From Escherichia phage UAB_Phi78, in sequence record GU595417: a stretch of 43,984 nt of DNA; one strand, written 5' to 3'. Below are positions 16,477 through 25,374 of the stretch, in pieces. The notes beneath the pieces are model-generated. The model ran no database searches, was not told the DNA's origin, and saw only the letters and a program-made list of their open reading frames with translations. The stretch's first letter is position 1; each line of letters opens with the position of its first letter. Position numbers and translations under genes: made by a program.

Positions 16477-16871
16477 AGGCTTCGGAGGTAGCTGACTACA
16501 AGAAGGAGTTACTTGAGAAGCAGAAATGGAAATGCCCTTTATGCGGTGGTAGCCTCAAGGCTGTCACTGCAATTAACCGTGTACTTGATCATGACCATGA
16601 GACAGGCTTCTGCCGTGCAGTAGTTTGTCGAGGTTGCAATGGTGCGGAGGGTAAGATCTTAGGTGTTATTTCTGGTTATGGTAAGGCAGGTAACAATCGC
16701 TACTTCCAACTGAAGTGGCTGGAGAACTTGTATAATTACTGGAAGTTACATCAAACACCTCAGACTGATAAGCTGTATCATAAGCATAAGACTGAGGCGG
16801 AGAAGCGCGAGGCTCGCAATCGCAAGGCTCGCTTGGCATACGCAAGAAAGAAGGAGGGTAAAGTTGGGTAA
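16461..16871 (+). CDS. endonuclease VII-like Holliday-junction resolvase
   Basis: CPLCGG...DHDHETGFCRAVVCRGCNGAEG zinc-binding pattern of the T4 endonuclease VII family. Confidence 0.8.
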   Translation: MAIRLKASEVADYKKELLEKQKWKCPLCGGSLKAVTAINRVLDHDHETGFCRAVVCRGCNGAEGKILGVISGYGKAGNNRYFQLKWLENLYNYWKLHQTPQTDKLYHKHKTEAEKREARNRKARLAYARKKEGKVG

Positions 16872-17871
16872 GCTACGCTCACTGTATAAAGACTCCGAGG
16901 TACTTGATGCAATAGAGCAGGCTACCGACGAGAAAGGTAATGTTAATTATAACGAGATGGCTAAGGTATTGTCTGCTCATCCGGTCGGTAAGAAGATTAC
17001 ACGACAGCTTGCTCGTTACTGGCATGGTCAATTCATGCATACCAAGAAGAATGGTGACTACTACCAGACTCTTTCTCAGGAGGATAAGCGACTCAAAGAA
17101 GCACGTAAGCTCAGGACTCCTGACCGCTATGAGGATCTGGCTATTGTACCATTGCCTGACTCGCCTCATAGAAGTGTACTGGTAATCCCTGACACTCATG
17201 CACCTTATGAACACCCAGACACCTTGGAGTTCTTGGCAGCAGTGGCGGCACGCTTCCGTCCTGATACGGTGGTGCACTTAGGTGATGAGGCAGACAAACA
17301 TGCCCTGTCATTCCACGATAGTGACCCTAACCTTGACTCCGCTGGTATGGAGTTAGAGAAGGCCCGTGTCTTCATGCACAAGCTGCACCGGATGTTTCCG
17401 GTCATGCGCCTGTGCCACTCCAACCACGGCTCTATGCACTTCCGCAAGGCAAGCGCCAAGGGTATTCCTGTCCAATACCTGCGCACCTACCGTGAAGTCT
17501 TCTTCCCGCATGGAGGCGGAGATCAGTGGGATTGGCAGCATACCCATGTTCTGGAGTTACCTAATGGAGAGCAGGTTGCATTCAAGCACCAGCCAGCAGG
17601 TTCTGTGTTAGCAGATGCGGCACATGAGCGAATGAATCTGGTGTGTGGTCACTTGCATGGCAAGATGTCAGTAGAGTATGCGCGCAACACCCATGAGCAG
17701 TATTGGGCTGTGCAAGGTGGCTGTCTTATTGATGAGTCATCTCGCGCATTTGCTTATGGACGTGAGTCCAAGTACAAGCCAGCACTAGGTTGCGTGGTGA
17801 TTGTAGAAGGTGTACCTCAGATTGTCCCAATGCAGACCAATGCAGAAGGCCGTTGGGTTGGAAAGATTTAA
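16864..17871 (+). CDS. calcineurin-like metallophosphoesterase
   Basis: Motifs DTHAP, GDEAD and SNHG. Apparent TTG start 6 nt after AGGAGG; an internal ATG start cannot be excluded. Confidence 0.65.
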   Translation: MGKLRSLYKDSEVLDAIEQATDEKGNVNYNEMAKVLSAHPVGKKITRQLARYWHGQFMHTKKNGDYYQTLSQEDKRLKEARKLRTPDRYEDLAIVPLPDSPHRSVLVIPDTHAPYEHPDTLEFLAAVAARFRPDTVVHLGDEADKHALSFHDSDPNLDSAGMELEKARVFMHKLHRMFPVMRLCHSNHGSMHFRKASAKGIPVQYLRTYREVFFPHGGGDQWDWQHTHVLELPNGEQVAFKHQPAGSVLADAAHERMNLVCGHLHGKMSVEYARNTHEQYWAVQGGCLIDESSRAFAYGRESKYKPALGCVVIVEGVPQIVPMQTNAEGRWVGKI

Positions 17872-17886
17872 GTGACACTATAGAAC
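17866..17886 (+). promoter_or_regulatory. SP6-type phage promoter (one mismatch)
   Basis: atttaagtgacactatagaac, overlapping the stop of the upstream gene. Confidence 0.85.
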
Positions 17887-17971
17887 AAAGGGCTAGGTAA
17901 GACTTTACTTGCTGGCGTATCCAAACGGTATTTCACTAGACCTTGATTGTATAGTGAATGGAGGAATTAAT

Positions 17972-18421
17972 ATGGCTAAATTTAAAGTAGGTGATGAAGT
18001 TAAGCGTAAAGAAGATGACTATAGTGAAGCATGGCTTGATGGATGTAGAGAGGGTAGATTCAGTCCAAACGATGTCATGGTTGTGGAAAAGGTATCAGTA
18101 TCTGGTTCTTTGATTACACTCCGAGGTGTGACTGGGGCTTGGGTTGCTGAGAGTTTTGAACTGTTTCATAAGAAGGAAGACTCTTGTGACATGGTAATGA
18201 ACCCTAAACACTATGAATTCTTCGAAGGAGTAGAGGCAATCACAATCATTGCCCGTAGCATGACCGAGAAGCAATTCGCTGGTTACTGTATGGGTAACGC
18301 TTTGAAGTATCGTCTACGTGCAGGTAAGAAGCTCAATACTGAGGAAGATCTGAAGAAAGCAGACTACTACAAAGACCTGTTCCAGAAGCATCGCCATGAA
18401 TGTATCGATGAGGATCTCTAA
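17972..18421 (+). CDS. hypothetical protein (149 aa)
   Basis: ATG 17972 with GGAGGAA RBS; the track ORF starts further upstream at 17909. Confidence 0.55.
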   Translation: MAKFKVGDEVKRKEDDYSEAWLDGCREGRFSPNDVMVVEKVSVSGSLITLRGVTGAWVAESFELFHKKEDSCDMVMNPKHYEFFEGVEAITIIARSMTEKQFAGYCMGNALKYRLRAGKKLNTEEDLKKADYYKDLFQKHRHECIDEDL

Positions 18422-19368
18422 TGAACATATTCGAATTCCTAGGACTACCTGAAGATCATCGCCCCAAACCTGTTATGCTGGTTAAGCATAGGGATGAAGT
18501 GCCAGAAAGCAAACTTACACTCCCGGTTTACGCACAGGTGAAACGGGATGGAATCTTTAGTGCTACAGTTGTGCGTTCTGATGGGACTGTAGGTGTCTTT
18601 GGTCGTACTGGTAAAAAGCTGGCTAACGTCGAACAACTGGAAGCATCTTTTACAGGTTGGCCTGCTGGTGTCTACCTAGGCGAGTTGCAGTCTATGGCTG
18701 TTGATATCTACCTTGAGGCGCTTTCAGGTGTGGTGAATCCAAACAGGACTGAGCCTCTTGACTTCATAGGCCAGCAGATTAAAGATAACTTATACATTGA
18801 CTTCTTTGACATGCTGACTATTAAGGCATTCATTGAAGGGCAGACGGATGTTACATTCTTAAAGCGATACGAAGCTCTATGTCGTAGGTTGAAGAATTGC
18901 CTTCCACCTAAGAATGCAATCCTAACTATCACACCTTGTCACACCGAGCAAGAGGTGGAGGCGTTTGCACAGAAGCACATCGATGCAGGAAGAGAAGGTG
19001 CAGTCTTCAAGTTAGACTGTGACTATGAATCTGGTCACAAAGGATTCCGACAAACCAAGATTGTACGCATGGTGTCCTATGACTTAACATGCATTGGTTG
19101 GGAAGAAGGGAAAGGTAAATACAAAGGTAAGGTAGCTAATCTTATCTTTAAATGGAAGGGTGGCAAGACAATCAAGGCTATGCTTGGTCGTGGTTGGACA
19201 CATGAAGATGCTACCCGTATGTATCACGATATTAAACACGGTGGTGAACTGAACGTCATCGGTAAGATATTCGCTGTCAAGGCACTCCAAGAATCTAGCA
19301 AGGGAGTCCTGCGACTTCCCAAGGCTGGAGAGTTACGCCATGATAAGGAGGAGCCTGATGTCTTTTGA
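18421..19368 (+). CDS. ATP-dependent DNA ligase
   Basis: Adenylation motif KRDG (VYAQVKRDGIFS); start overlaps the upstream stop. Confidence 0.85.
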   Translation: MNIFEFLGLPEDHRPKPVMLVKHRDEVPESKLTLPVYAQVKRDGIFSATVVRSDGTVGVFGRTGKKLANVEQLEASFTGWPAGVYLGELQSMAVDIYLEALSGVVNPNRTEPLDFIGQQIKDNLYIDFFDMLTIKAFIEGQTDVTFLKRYEALCRRLKNCLPPKNAILTITPCHTEQEVEAFAQKHIDAGREGAVFKLDCDYESGHKGFRQTKIVRMVSYDLTCIGWEEGKGKYKGKVANLIFKWKGGKTIKAMLGRGWTHEDATRMYHDIKHGGELNVIGKIFAVKALQESSKGVLRLPKAGELRHDKEEPDVF

Positions 19369-19555
19369 TTCAATGAAAGCGACGAAGGCAGTTGAGGTAG
19401 CAGAAGCTATCTTTGATATGCTGTCTTGTGGGATTGAAGTCCCTTATACACTTCTGTCTGATGCAGAAGATTTAGGTCTGTCTGTGGAAGCTATCCGCGA
19501 GAAAGTGGAGGAACTGTATGGCGACGACCAAGAAGAAGCCGACTATCAATATTGA
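19358..19555 (+). CDS. hypothetical acidic protein (65 aa)
   Basis: In-frame ATG 19358 with AGGAGG RBS 7 nt upstream; the track ORF starts at 19340. Confidence 0.45.
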   Translation: MSFDSMKATKAVEVAEAIFDMLSCGIEVPYTLLSDAEDLGLSVEAIREKVEELYGDDQEEADYQY

Positions 19556-19694
19556 AGGTTGGGATATGCTGGAGAATATTATCCTAGCTCCATCAAGACC
19601 TAGACCAGATAAGTCACACGAAGAGTTAGTATGGGATGAAGCCAAGCGCTATATCCTGTCTTGTATCAAGCAGCAGTTTGTGGTGCAGCCATGA
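19518..19694 (+). CDS. hypothetical protein (58 aa)
   Basis: ATG with GGAGG RBS; overlaps the neighbouring ORFs in another frame and ends in an ATGA junction with the next gene; below the track cutoff. Confidence 0.3.
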   Translation: MATTKKKPTINIEGWDMLENIILAPSRPRPDKSHEELVWDEAKRYILSCIKQQFVVQP

Positions 19695-20152
19695 TAAGAC
19701 AGGCTTGCTTCCTAGATATCCCTGAGATAATTAACTTAGGGAACAGATATGTAGAAGAGGAAGTCAAGGTAGTTAAGCACCATTCAGCTACATGGGATGC
19801 AGATCAAAGCGCACATCACCTTTGTGCATCCCTTACCAGTAAGGATTTATTCTTATGGGTGGCTGTAGAAGATGGTGTTATCATAGGGTTCCTGTGGGCG
19901 GCTGCACACATCATGGCACCTTGGTCTCCGGCACTTGTGGCTTCTGACCTACTCTTCTACATCATACCAGAAAAGCGAGGGTCTCTTGCTGGTGTGCGCT
20001 TGCTCAAAGCTTACAAGTCTTGGGCTAAGGAACGCGGCTGCATAGAGGCAAGACTGTCTATCGCATCTGGTATTAATGAGGAACGTGTTGGGCGGATGTA
20101 TAATCGATTAGGGTTTACTCCGTTCGGTACAGTGTATAACTTGAAGTTTTAA
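19691..20152 (+). CDS. GNAT-family N-acetyltransferase
   Basis: Acetyl-CoA-site-like EKRGSLAGVRLL and C-terminal MYNRLGF motif; ATG 19691 overlaps the upstream stop (the track starts at TTG 19661). Confidence 0.55.
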   Translation: MIRQACFLDIPEIINLGNRYVEEEVKVVKHHSATWDADQSAHHLCASLTSKDLFLWVAVEDGVIIGFLWAAAHIMAPWSPALVASDLLFYIIPEKRGSLAGVRLLKAYKSWAKERGCIEARLSIASGINEERVGRMYNRLGFTPFGTVYNLKF

Positions 20153-20161
20153 GGAGATAAC

Positions 20162-20371
20162 ATGGGTGTAGTTAAGAAGGCATTTCAAGCGGTAGGTCTG
20201 GCACAAAAGGCGCCTCGCATTGAGGCAGCTAAGGTTCCAGCACAGCAACTTGAGCGGCAGACTGAGGTTAAATCTGAAGACATCCAGATTGGACAAGATG
20301 ATGATGCTGCGGCATCTGCTAAAGGTAAGCGTGGACTCGTTCGTCCTGTAGCCTCTAGCTTAGGAGTTTAA
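20162..20371 (+). CDS. hypothetical protein (69 aa)
   Basis: AAGGAGATAA RBS; sits immediately upstream of the portal gene. Confidence 0.55.
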   Translation: MGVVKKAFQAVGLAQKAPRIEAAKVPAQQLERQTEVKSEDIQIGQDDDAAASAKGKRGLVRPVASSLGV

Positions 20372-20372
20372 T

Positions 20373-21920
20373 ATGCAAGACACTATACTTGAGTATGGTG
20401 GTCAGCGATCGAAGATACCTAAACTGTGGGAGAAGTTTTCTAAGAAACGCAGCCCTTACCTTGATAGGGCAAAGCATTTCGCTAAGTTAACACTCCCATA
20501 CCTGATGAACAACAAAGGAGACAATGAGACTTCGCAGAATGGCTGGCAGGGTGTAGGTGCACAAGCCACCAATCATCTAGCTAATAAGCTAGCACAAGTG
20601 TTATTCCCTGCGCAACGATCATTCTTCCGTGTTGATTTAACAGCAAAAGGTGAGAAGGTATTAGATGACCGAGGACTGAAGAAGACTCAGTTAGCAACCA
20701 TCTTCGCTCGCGTAGAAACCACTGCAATGAAGGCACTGGAGCAAAGACAGTTCCGCCCAGCCATAGTTGAAGTGTTCAAGCACTTAATCGTAGCAGGTAA
20801 TTGCCTGTTGTACAAACCAAGCAAAGGTGCGATGAGTGCAGTACCCATGCACCATTATGTAGTTAACCGTGACACTAACGGTGACTTAATGGATGTAATC
20901 CTTCTGCAAGAGAAAGCGCTACGTACATTCGACCCAGCAACACGCATGGCGATAGAAGTTGGCATGAAGGGTAAGAAATGTAAAGAGGATGATAACGTCA
21001 AGCTATACACCCATGCTCAATACGCAGGTGAAGGTTTCTGGAAGATTAACCAATCTGCTGACGACATCCCTGTAGGCAAGGAGAACCGCATCAAGGCCGA
21101 GAAGCTACCGTTCATTCCACTGACATGGAAGCGCAGTTATGGTGAGGATTGGGGCCGACCTTTAGTTGAGGATTATTCTGGTGACTTGTTTGTTATCCAG
21201 TTCTTATCCGAGGCAGTGGCCCGTGGGGCTGCGCTGATGGCTGACATCAAATACCTGATTCGCCCCGGCTCCCAAACTGATGTTGATCACTTTGTTAACT
21301 CAGGGACAGGCGAGGTAATCACAGGTGTAGAGGAAGACATTCATATTGTTCAGTTAGGCAAGTATGCAGACCTGACACCTATCAGTGCTGTGCTGGAGGT
21401 ATACACTCGACGCATCGGTGTTATCTTCATGATGGAGACCATGACACGCCGCGATGCTGAACGTGTTACTGCCGTAGAGATCCAACGCGACGCGCTTGAG
21501 ATTGAGCAGAACATGGGTGGCGTATACTCCCTGTTTGCCATGACCATGCAGACACCTATTGCTATGTGGGGCTTGCAAGAGGCTGGTGATTCCTTCACTA
21601 GTGAACTGGTAGATCCTGTGATTGTAACAGGTATTGAAGCATTAGGTCGCATGGCAGAATTGGATAAGCTGGCTAACTTTGCACAGTATATGTCCTTGCC
21701 TCAAACATGGCCTGAACCTGCACAACGTGCAATCCGGTGGGGCGACTACATGGATTGGGTACGTGGTCAGATATCTGCTGAACTCCCATTCCTCAAATCT
21801 GAGGAGGAGATGCAACAAGAGATGGCGCAGCAAGCACAGGCCCAGCAAGAGGCTATGCTTAACGAAGGTGTGGCTAAGGCTGTACCGGGTGTTATTCAAC
21901 AAGAAATGAAGGAGGGTTAA
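20373..21920 (+). CDS. head-to-tail connector (portal) protein
   Basis: 515 aa; position and size match T7 gp8; TAGGAG RBS. Confidence 0.9.
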   Translation: MQDTILEYGGQRSKIPKLWEKFSKKRSPYLDRAKHFAKLTLPYLMNNKGDNETSQNGWQGVGAQATNHLANKLAQVLFPAQRSFFRVDLTAKGEKVLDDRGLKKTQLATIFARVETTAMKALEQRQFRPAIVEVFKHLIVAGNCLLYKPSKGAMSAVPMHHYVVNRDTNGDLMDVILLQEKALRTFDPATRMAIEVGMKGKKCKEDDNVKLYTHAQYAGEGFWKINQSADDIPVGKENRIKAEKLPFIPLTWKRSYGEDWGRPLVEDYSGDLFVIQFLSEAVARGAALMADIKYLIRPGSQTDVDHFVNSGTGEVITGVEEDIHIVQLGKYADLTPISAVLEVYTRRIGVIFMMETMTRRDAERVTAVEIQRDALEIEQNMGGVYSLFAMTMQTPIAMWGLQEAGDSFTSELVDPVIVTGIEALGRMAELDKLANFAQYMSLPQTWPEPAQRAIRWGDYMDWVRGQISAELPFLKSEEEMQQEMAQQAQAQQEAMLNEGVAKAVPGVIQQEMKEG

Positions 21921-21923
21921 TTA

Positions 21924-22826
21924 GTGGCCTTTGAATTTGTAGAACCGACCAATGAAACTACAGCTGCTCCGGCTGCTGAAGAGAACAAGGAGGTGACGAA
22001 TGATGTTGCTGGTGCTGACGCTGGTACTACTGGCACTGACGTACAGAATGGTGCAGACGATAAAGGCAATGAGGACACCGGAGGAGAAGCTGTTGGACAG
22101 CCTTCAGGAGAAGGAGATGGTGAACAGAATGGTGAATCTAAGCCAGATGGTGCCACGGATGAGGAAGCGCGATACTTCTTCGGTGAACACGAAGTAACCA
22201 TTGAAGTACCTGATGATGTGACCGAAGCCCTCAAAGAGAAGGGCATCGATGCTATGCAGGTTGCTCGTGAGTTGTATGGTGAAGGCGGTAAGTTTGAACT
22301 GTCAGAAGAAACCAAGCAGAAACTGTATGATGCATTTGGTAAGTTCGCAGTAGATGCATACCTGTCAGGACTAAAGGCACAGAACGAAACCTTCTTCCTC
22401 CGTGAAGAGGCTGCCGCCAAGGAAGCTGAAGCGGCAAACGCACAGCGCTACACGGATATTGCCAAGGAAGTTGGTGGTGACGAAGGTTGGAGCCGTCTGG
22501 AGGAGTGGGCGCTTGATACTCTTTCTGATGAAGAACTGGAAGCATTTAATGCAGTGATGCAGTCAGGCAACCAGTACCTCCAGCAGTACGCTGTGCGAGA
22601 GTTAGAAGGTCGCCGTAAGGCTGCACAGGGTGACGACAAGCCCAACCTGATTGAACCAACGGCTACCGCTGCTGCATCGGAAGACAATGCTCCCCTAAGC
22701 CGGGAGCAGTACATCCGAGAGATTGCACAGTTAGGCCAGAAGTATGGACGTGACCGCAAAGGGATGGCTGAAGCACAGGCACGTCTGGATGCACGTCGCC
22801 GCGCAGGTATGGCTCGCGGTCTTTAA
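21924..22826 (+). CDS. capsid assembly scaffolding protein
   Basis: 300 aa, highly acidic; GTG start after GAAGGAGGG; lies between portal and capsid as in T7 gp9. Confidence 0.8.
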   Translation: MAFEFVEPTNETTAAPAAEENKEVTNDVAGADAGTTGTDVQNGADDKGNEDTGGEAVGQPSGEGDGEQNGESKPDGATDEEARYFFGEHEVTIEVPDDVTEALKEKGIDAMQVARELYGEGGKFELSEETKQKLYDAFGKFAVDAYLSGLKAQNETFFLREEAAAKEAEAANAQRYTDIAKEVGGDEGWSRLEEWALDTLSDEELEAFNAVMQSGNQYLQQYAVRELEGRRKAAQGDDKPNLIEPTATAAASEDNAPLSREQYIREIAQLGQKYGRDRKGMAEAQARLDARRRAGMARGL

Positions 22827-22832
22827 TTGCCT

Positions 22833-22853
22833 ATTTAGGTGACACTATAGAAG
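22833..22853 (+). promoter_or_regulatory. SP6-type phage promoter (consensus)
   Basis: Exact atttaggtgacactatagaag. Confidence 0.9.
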
Positions 22854-22901
22854 GGAGGTACGCCTCCCTAACATATCAACTTGATTTATAAGGAGATTCT
22901 G

Positions 22902-23198
22902 TTGGAACTGTGGCTTCCAGTTAAAGGGTATGAAGGCCGCTATTCTGTGAGTAACAGAGGTGTTGTCGTCAGCCATTTGACAGGCAAGCCACTGACACAG
23001 AGTTGTAATACCTTCGGATATAAACAAGTCAGCCTACACAAAGATGGTAAGCAAGTGAGCAAGACTGTTCATAGACTTGTAGCCGAGGTTTTCATTCCTA
23101 ACCATAATAGCTTGCCTTTCGTCAATCACAAAGATGAAGACAAGACAAACAACGACGTTAGCAACCTAGAATGGTGTACTTGTCAGTACAATACCTAG
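22902..23198 (+). CDS. HNH homing endonuclease (second copy)
   Basis: WLPVKGYEGRYSVSNRG N-terminal motif and VNHKDEDKTNNDVSNLEW HNH motif. Probable TTG start 7 nt after AAGGAG; the track starts at 22881. Confidence 0.7.
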   Translation: MELWLPVKGYEGRYSVSNRGVVVSHLTGKPLTQSCNTFGYKQVSLHKDGKQVSKTVHRLVAEVFIPNHNSLPFVNHKDEDKTNNDVSNLEWCTCQYNT

Positions 23199-23375
23199 TA
23201 TAGTTGCGCCAAAGAGTTCACATTCATATCGCCAGAAGGTAAGGTGGTTGATGTGTTTAATTTGTCTTCCTTCTGTAAAGCAAACAAACTAGATAAAGCT
23301 GCAATGCAGAAGGTGAGCGCTGGCCTACGTAAATCACACAAAGGCTGGAAGTCTACTACATAAGGAGGTTTATAC

Positions 23376-24578
23376 ATGAGTACCCCAAATAACCTGACCA
23401 ACGTTGCAGTTTCCGCTTCCGGGGAAGTAGATAGTCTTCTCATTGAGAAGTTCAACGGTAAGGTCAACGAGCAGTACCTGAAGGGCGAAAACATCATGTC
23501 CTACTTCGACGTACAGACCGTCACTGGCACCAACACTGTGAGCAACAAATACTTGGGTGAAACCGAGTTGCAGGTACTGGCACCGGGTCAGTCTCCGGCT
23601 GCTACCTCTACTCAGGCCGATAAAAACCAGTTGGTAATTGATGCCACTGTTATTGCCCGTAATACCGTTGCTCACCTGCACGATGTACAGGGTGACATTG
23701 ACAGCCTGAAGCCGAAGCTGGCAACCAACCAAGCCAAGCAACTGAAGCGTATGGAAGATGAGATGCTGATTCAGCAGATGATGTTGGGTGGTATTGCCAA
23801 CACTCAAGCTAAACGTACCAACCCGCGTGTTAAGGGTCATGGCTTCTCTATCAACGTAGAGGTTGCAGAAGGTGAAGCACTGGTGAACCCGCAGTACGTA
23901 ATGGCTGCTGTTGAGTTCGCGCTGGAACAGCAGTTAGAGCAGGAAGTGGATATCTCCGATGTGGCTATCCTGATGCCGTGGCGCTACTTCAACGTACTGC
24001 GTGATGCAGACCGTATCGTTGACAAGACCTACACCATCAGCCAGTCGGGTGCAACCATTCAGGGCTTCACCTTGTCCAGCTACAACTGCCCGGTGATTCC
24101 GTCCAACCGTTTCCCGAAATACTCTCAGGGCCAGTCTCACCACCTGCTGTCCAATGAGGATAACGGCTATCGTTATGACCCGCTCCCGGCAATGAATGGT
24201 GCTATCGCTGTATTGTTTACGGCTGATGCGCTGCTGGTTGGTCGCTCTATTGATGTGACTGGTGACATCTTCTATGAGAAGAAAGAGAAGACCTACTACA
24301 TTGACACTTTCATGGCGGAGGGTGCAATCCCGGATCGTTGGGAGGCTGTGTCTGTTGTTACAACTAAGCGCAATACGACCACGGGTGCAGTAGAAGGCAA
24401 CGATGGTGCGCAGCATACTATCGTCAAGAACCGAGCACAGCGCAAGGCTGTATATGTCAAGAGCGCTAACCCGGCAGGTGCTGCTGCTGCTAACCTGTCT
24501 GCTGAAGATCTGGTTGCTGCTGTTCGTGCTGTGATGGCTAACGACATCAAGCCGACTGCAATGAATCCGACCAAGTAA
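23376..24578 (+). CDS. major capsid protein
   Basis: 400 aa; very strong RBS TAAGGAGGT; follows the scaffold gene and is followed by the strongest terminator in the window. Confidence 0.9.
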   Translation: MSTPNNLTNVAVSASGEVDSLLIEKFNGKVNEQYLKGENIMSYFDVQTVTGTNTVSNKYLGETELQVLAPGQSPAATSTQADKNQLVIDATVIARNTVAHLHDVQGDIDSLKPKLATNQAKQLKRMEDEMLIQQMMLGGIANTQAKRTNPRVKGHGFSINVEVAEGEALVNPQYVMAAVEFALEQQLEQEVDISDVAILMPWRYFNVLRDADRIVDKTYTISQSGATIQGFTLSSYNCPVIPSNRFPKYSQGQSHHLLSNEDNGYRYDPLPAMNGAIAVLFTADALLVGRSIDVTGDIFYEKKEKTYYIDTFMAEGAIPDRWEAVSVVTTKRNTTTGAVEGNDGAQHTIVKNRAQRKAVYVKSANPAGAAAANLSAEDLVAAVRAVMANDIKPTAMNPTK

Positions 24579-24587
24579 TAACCTATG

Positions 24588-24623
24588 CCCTATCTACCTT
24601 GCGTAGGTAGGGTTCTTTTGTTT
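24588..24623 (+). terminator. intrinsic terminator after the major capsid gene
   Basis: 10-bp stem (ccctatctac / gtaggtaggg), 5-nt loop, then ttcttttgttt. Confidence 0.8.
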
Positions 24624-24633
24624 AGGAGGATTC

Positions 24634-25374
24634 ATGCCTGTAATTCAACAATCAAGTGATGTAGGTTACATCATGTCCGATGCAAGCTTTAGCATCATTG
24701 ATAGCAAGCTAGAGGCCGTCAACCTTTGTATGCGGGCCATTGGTCGTGAGGGTGTGGATTCCCTTGACTCAGGCGACCTTGATGCTGAAGATGCGAGTAA
24801 GATGTTAGACATTGTATCCCAGCGCTTCCAGTACAATAAAGGCGGTGGTTGGTGGTTTAACCGTGAACCCAACTGGCGCATCGTGCCGGACACTAATGGT
24901 GAAGTTAATCTACCTAATAACTGCCTAGCTGTGTTGCAGTGTTATGCATTAGGTGAGCGTAAGGTTCCTATGACAATGCGTGCAGGTAAGCTGTATTCCA
25001 CATGGAACCACACGTTTGATATGAGAAGTCATGTCAACAAAGACGGTGCCATCCGTCTGACACTCCTGACTTACCTTCCTTTCGAACATCTGCCTACTAG
25101 CGTAATGCAAGCAATTGCATATCAGGCTGCGGTAGAGTTCATTGTGTCCAAGGATGCAGATAAGACCAAGTTAGCTACTCATCAGCAGATTGCAGCACAG
25201 TTATTCATTGATGTTCAATCGGAACAGATGTCTCAGAAGAGACTTAATATGTTAGTGCACAATCCGACACAGCGCCAGTTTGGTATTATGGCAGGCGGTT
25301 CGCAGAACGTACCAGCATACTCACATTCGCCTTACGATGGTTATCCACTTAAACTTTGGGAGAGTTATCGCTAA
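24634..25374 (+). CDS. tail tubular protein A
   Basis: 246 aa; TAGGAGGA RBS; position equivalent to T7 gp11. Confidence 0.8.
   Translation: MPVIQQSSDVGYIMSDASFSIIDSKLEAVNLCMRAIGREGVDSLDSGDLDAEDASKMLDIVSQRFQYNKGGGWWFNREPNWRIVPDTNGEVNLPNNCLAVLQCYALGERKVPMTMRAGKLYSTWNHTFDMRSHVNKDGAIRLTLLTYLPFEHLPTSVMQAIAYQAAVEFIVSKDADKTKLATHQQIAAQLFIDVQSEQMSQKRLNMLVHNPTQRQFGIMAGGSQNVPAYSHSPYDGYPLKLWESYR

Noticed and set aside
21917-22759. Cluster of minus-strand ORFs (167, 97 and 103 aa) antisense to the scaffolding gene.
   Set aside because: Produced by the biased, acidic, GC-rich codon usage of the scaffolding gene; no translation signals.
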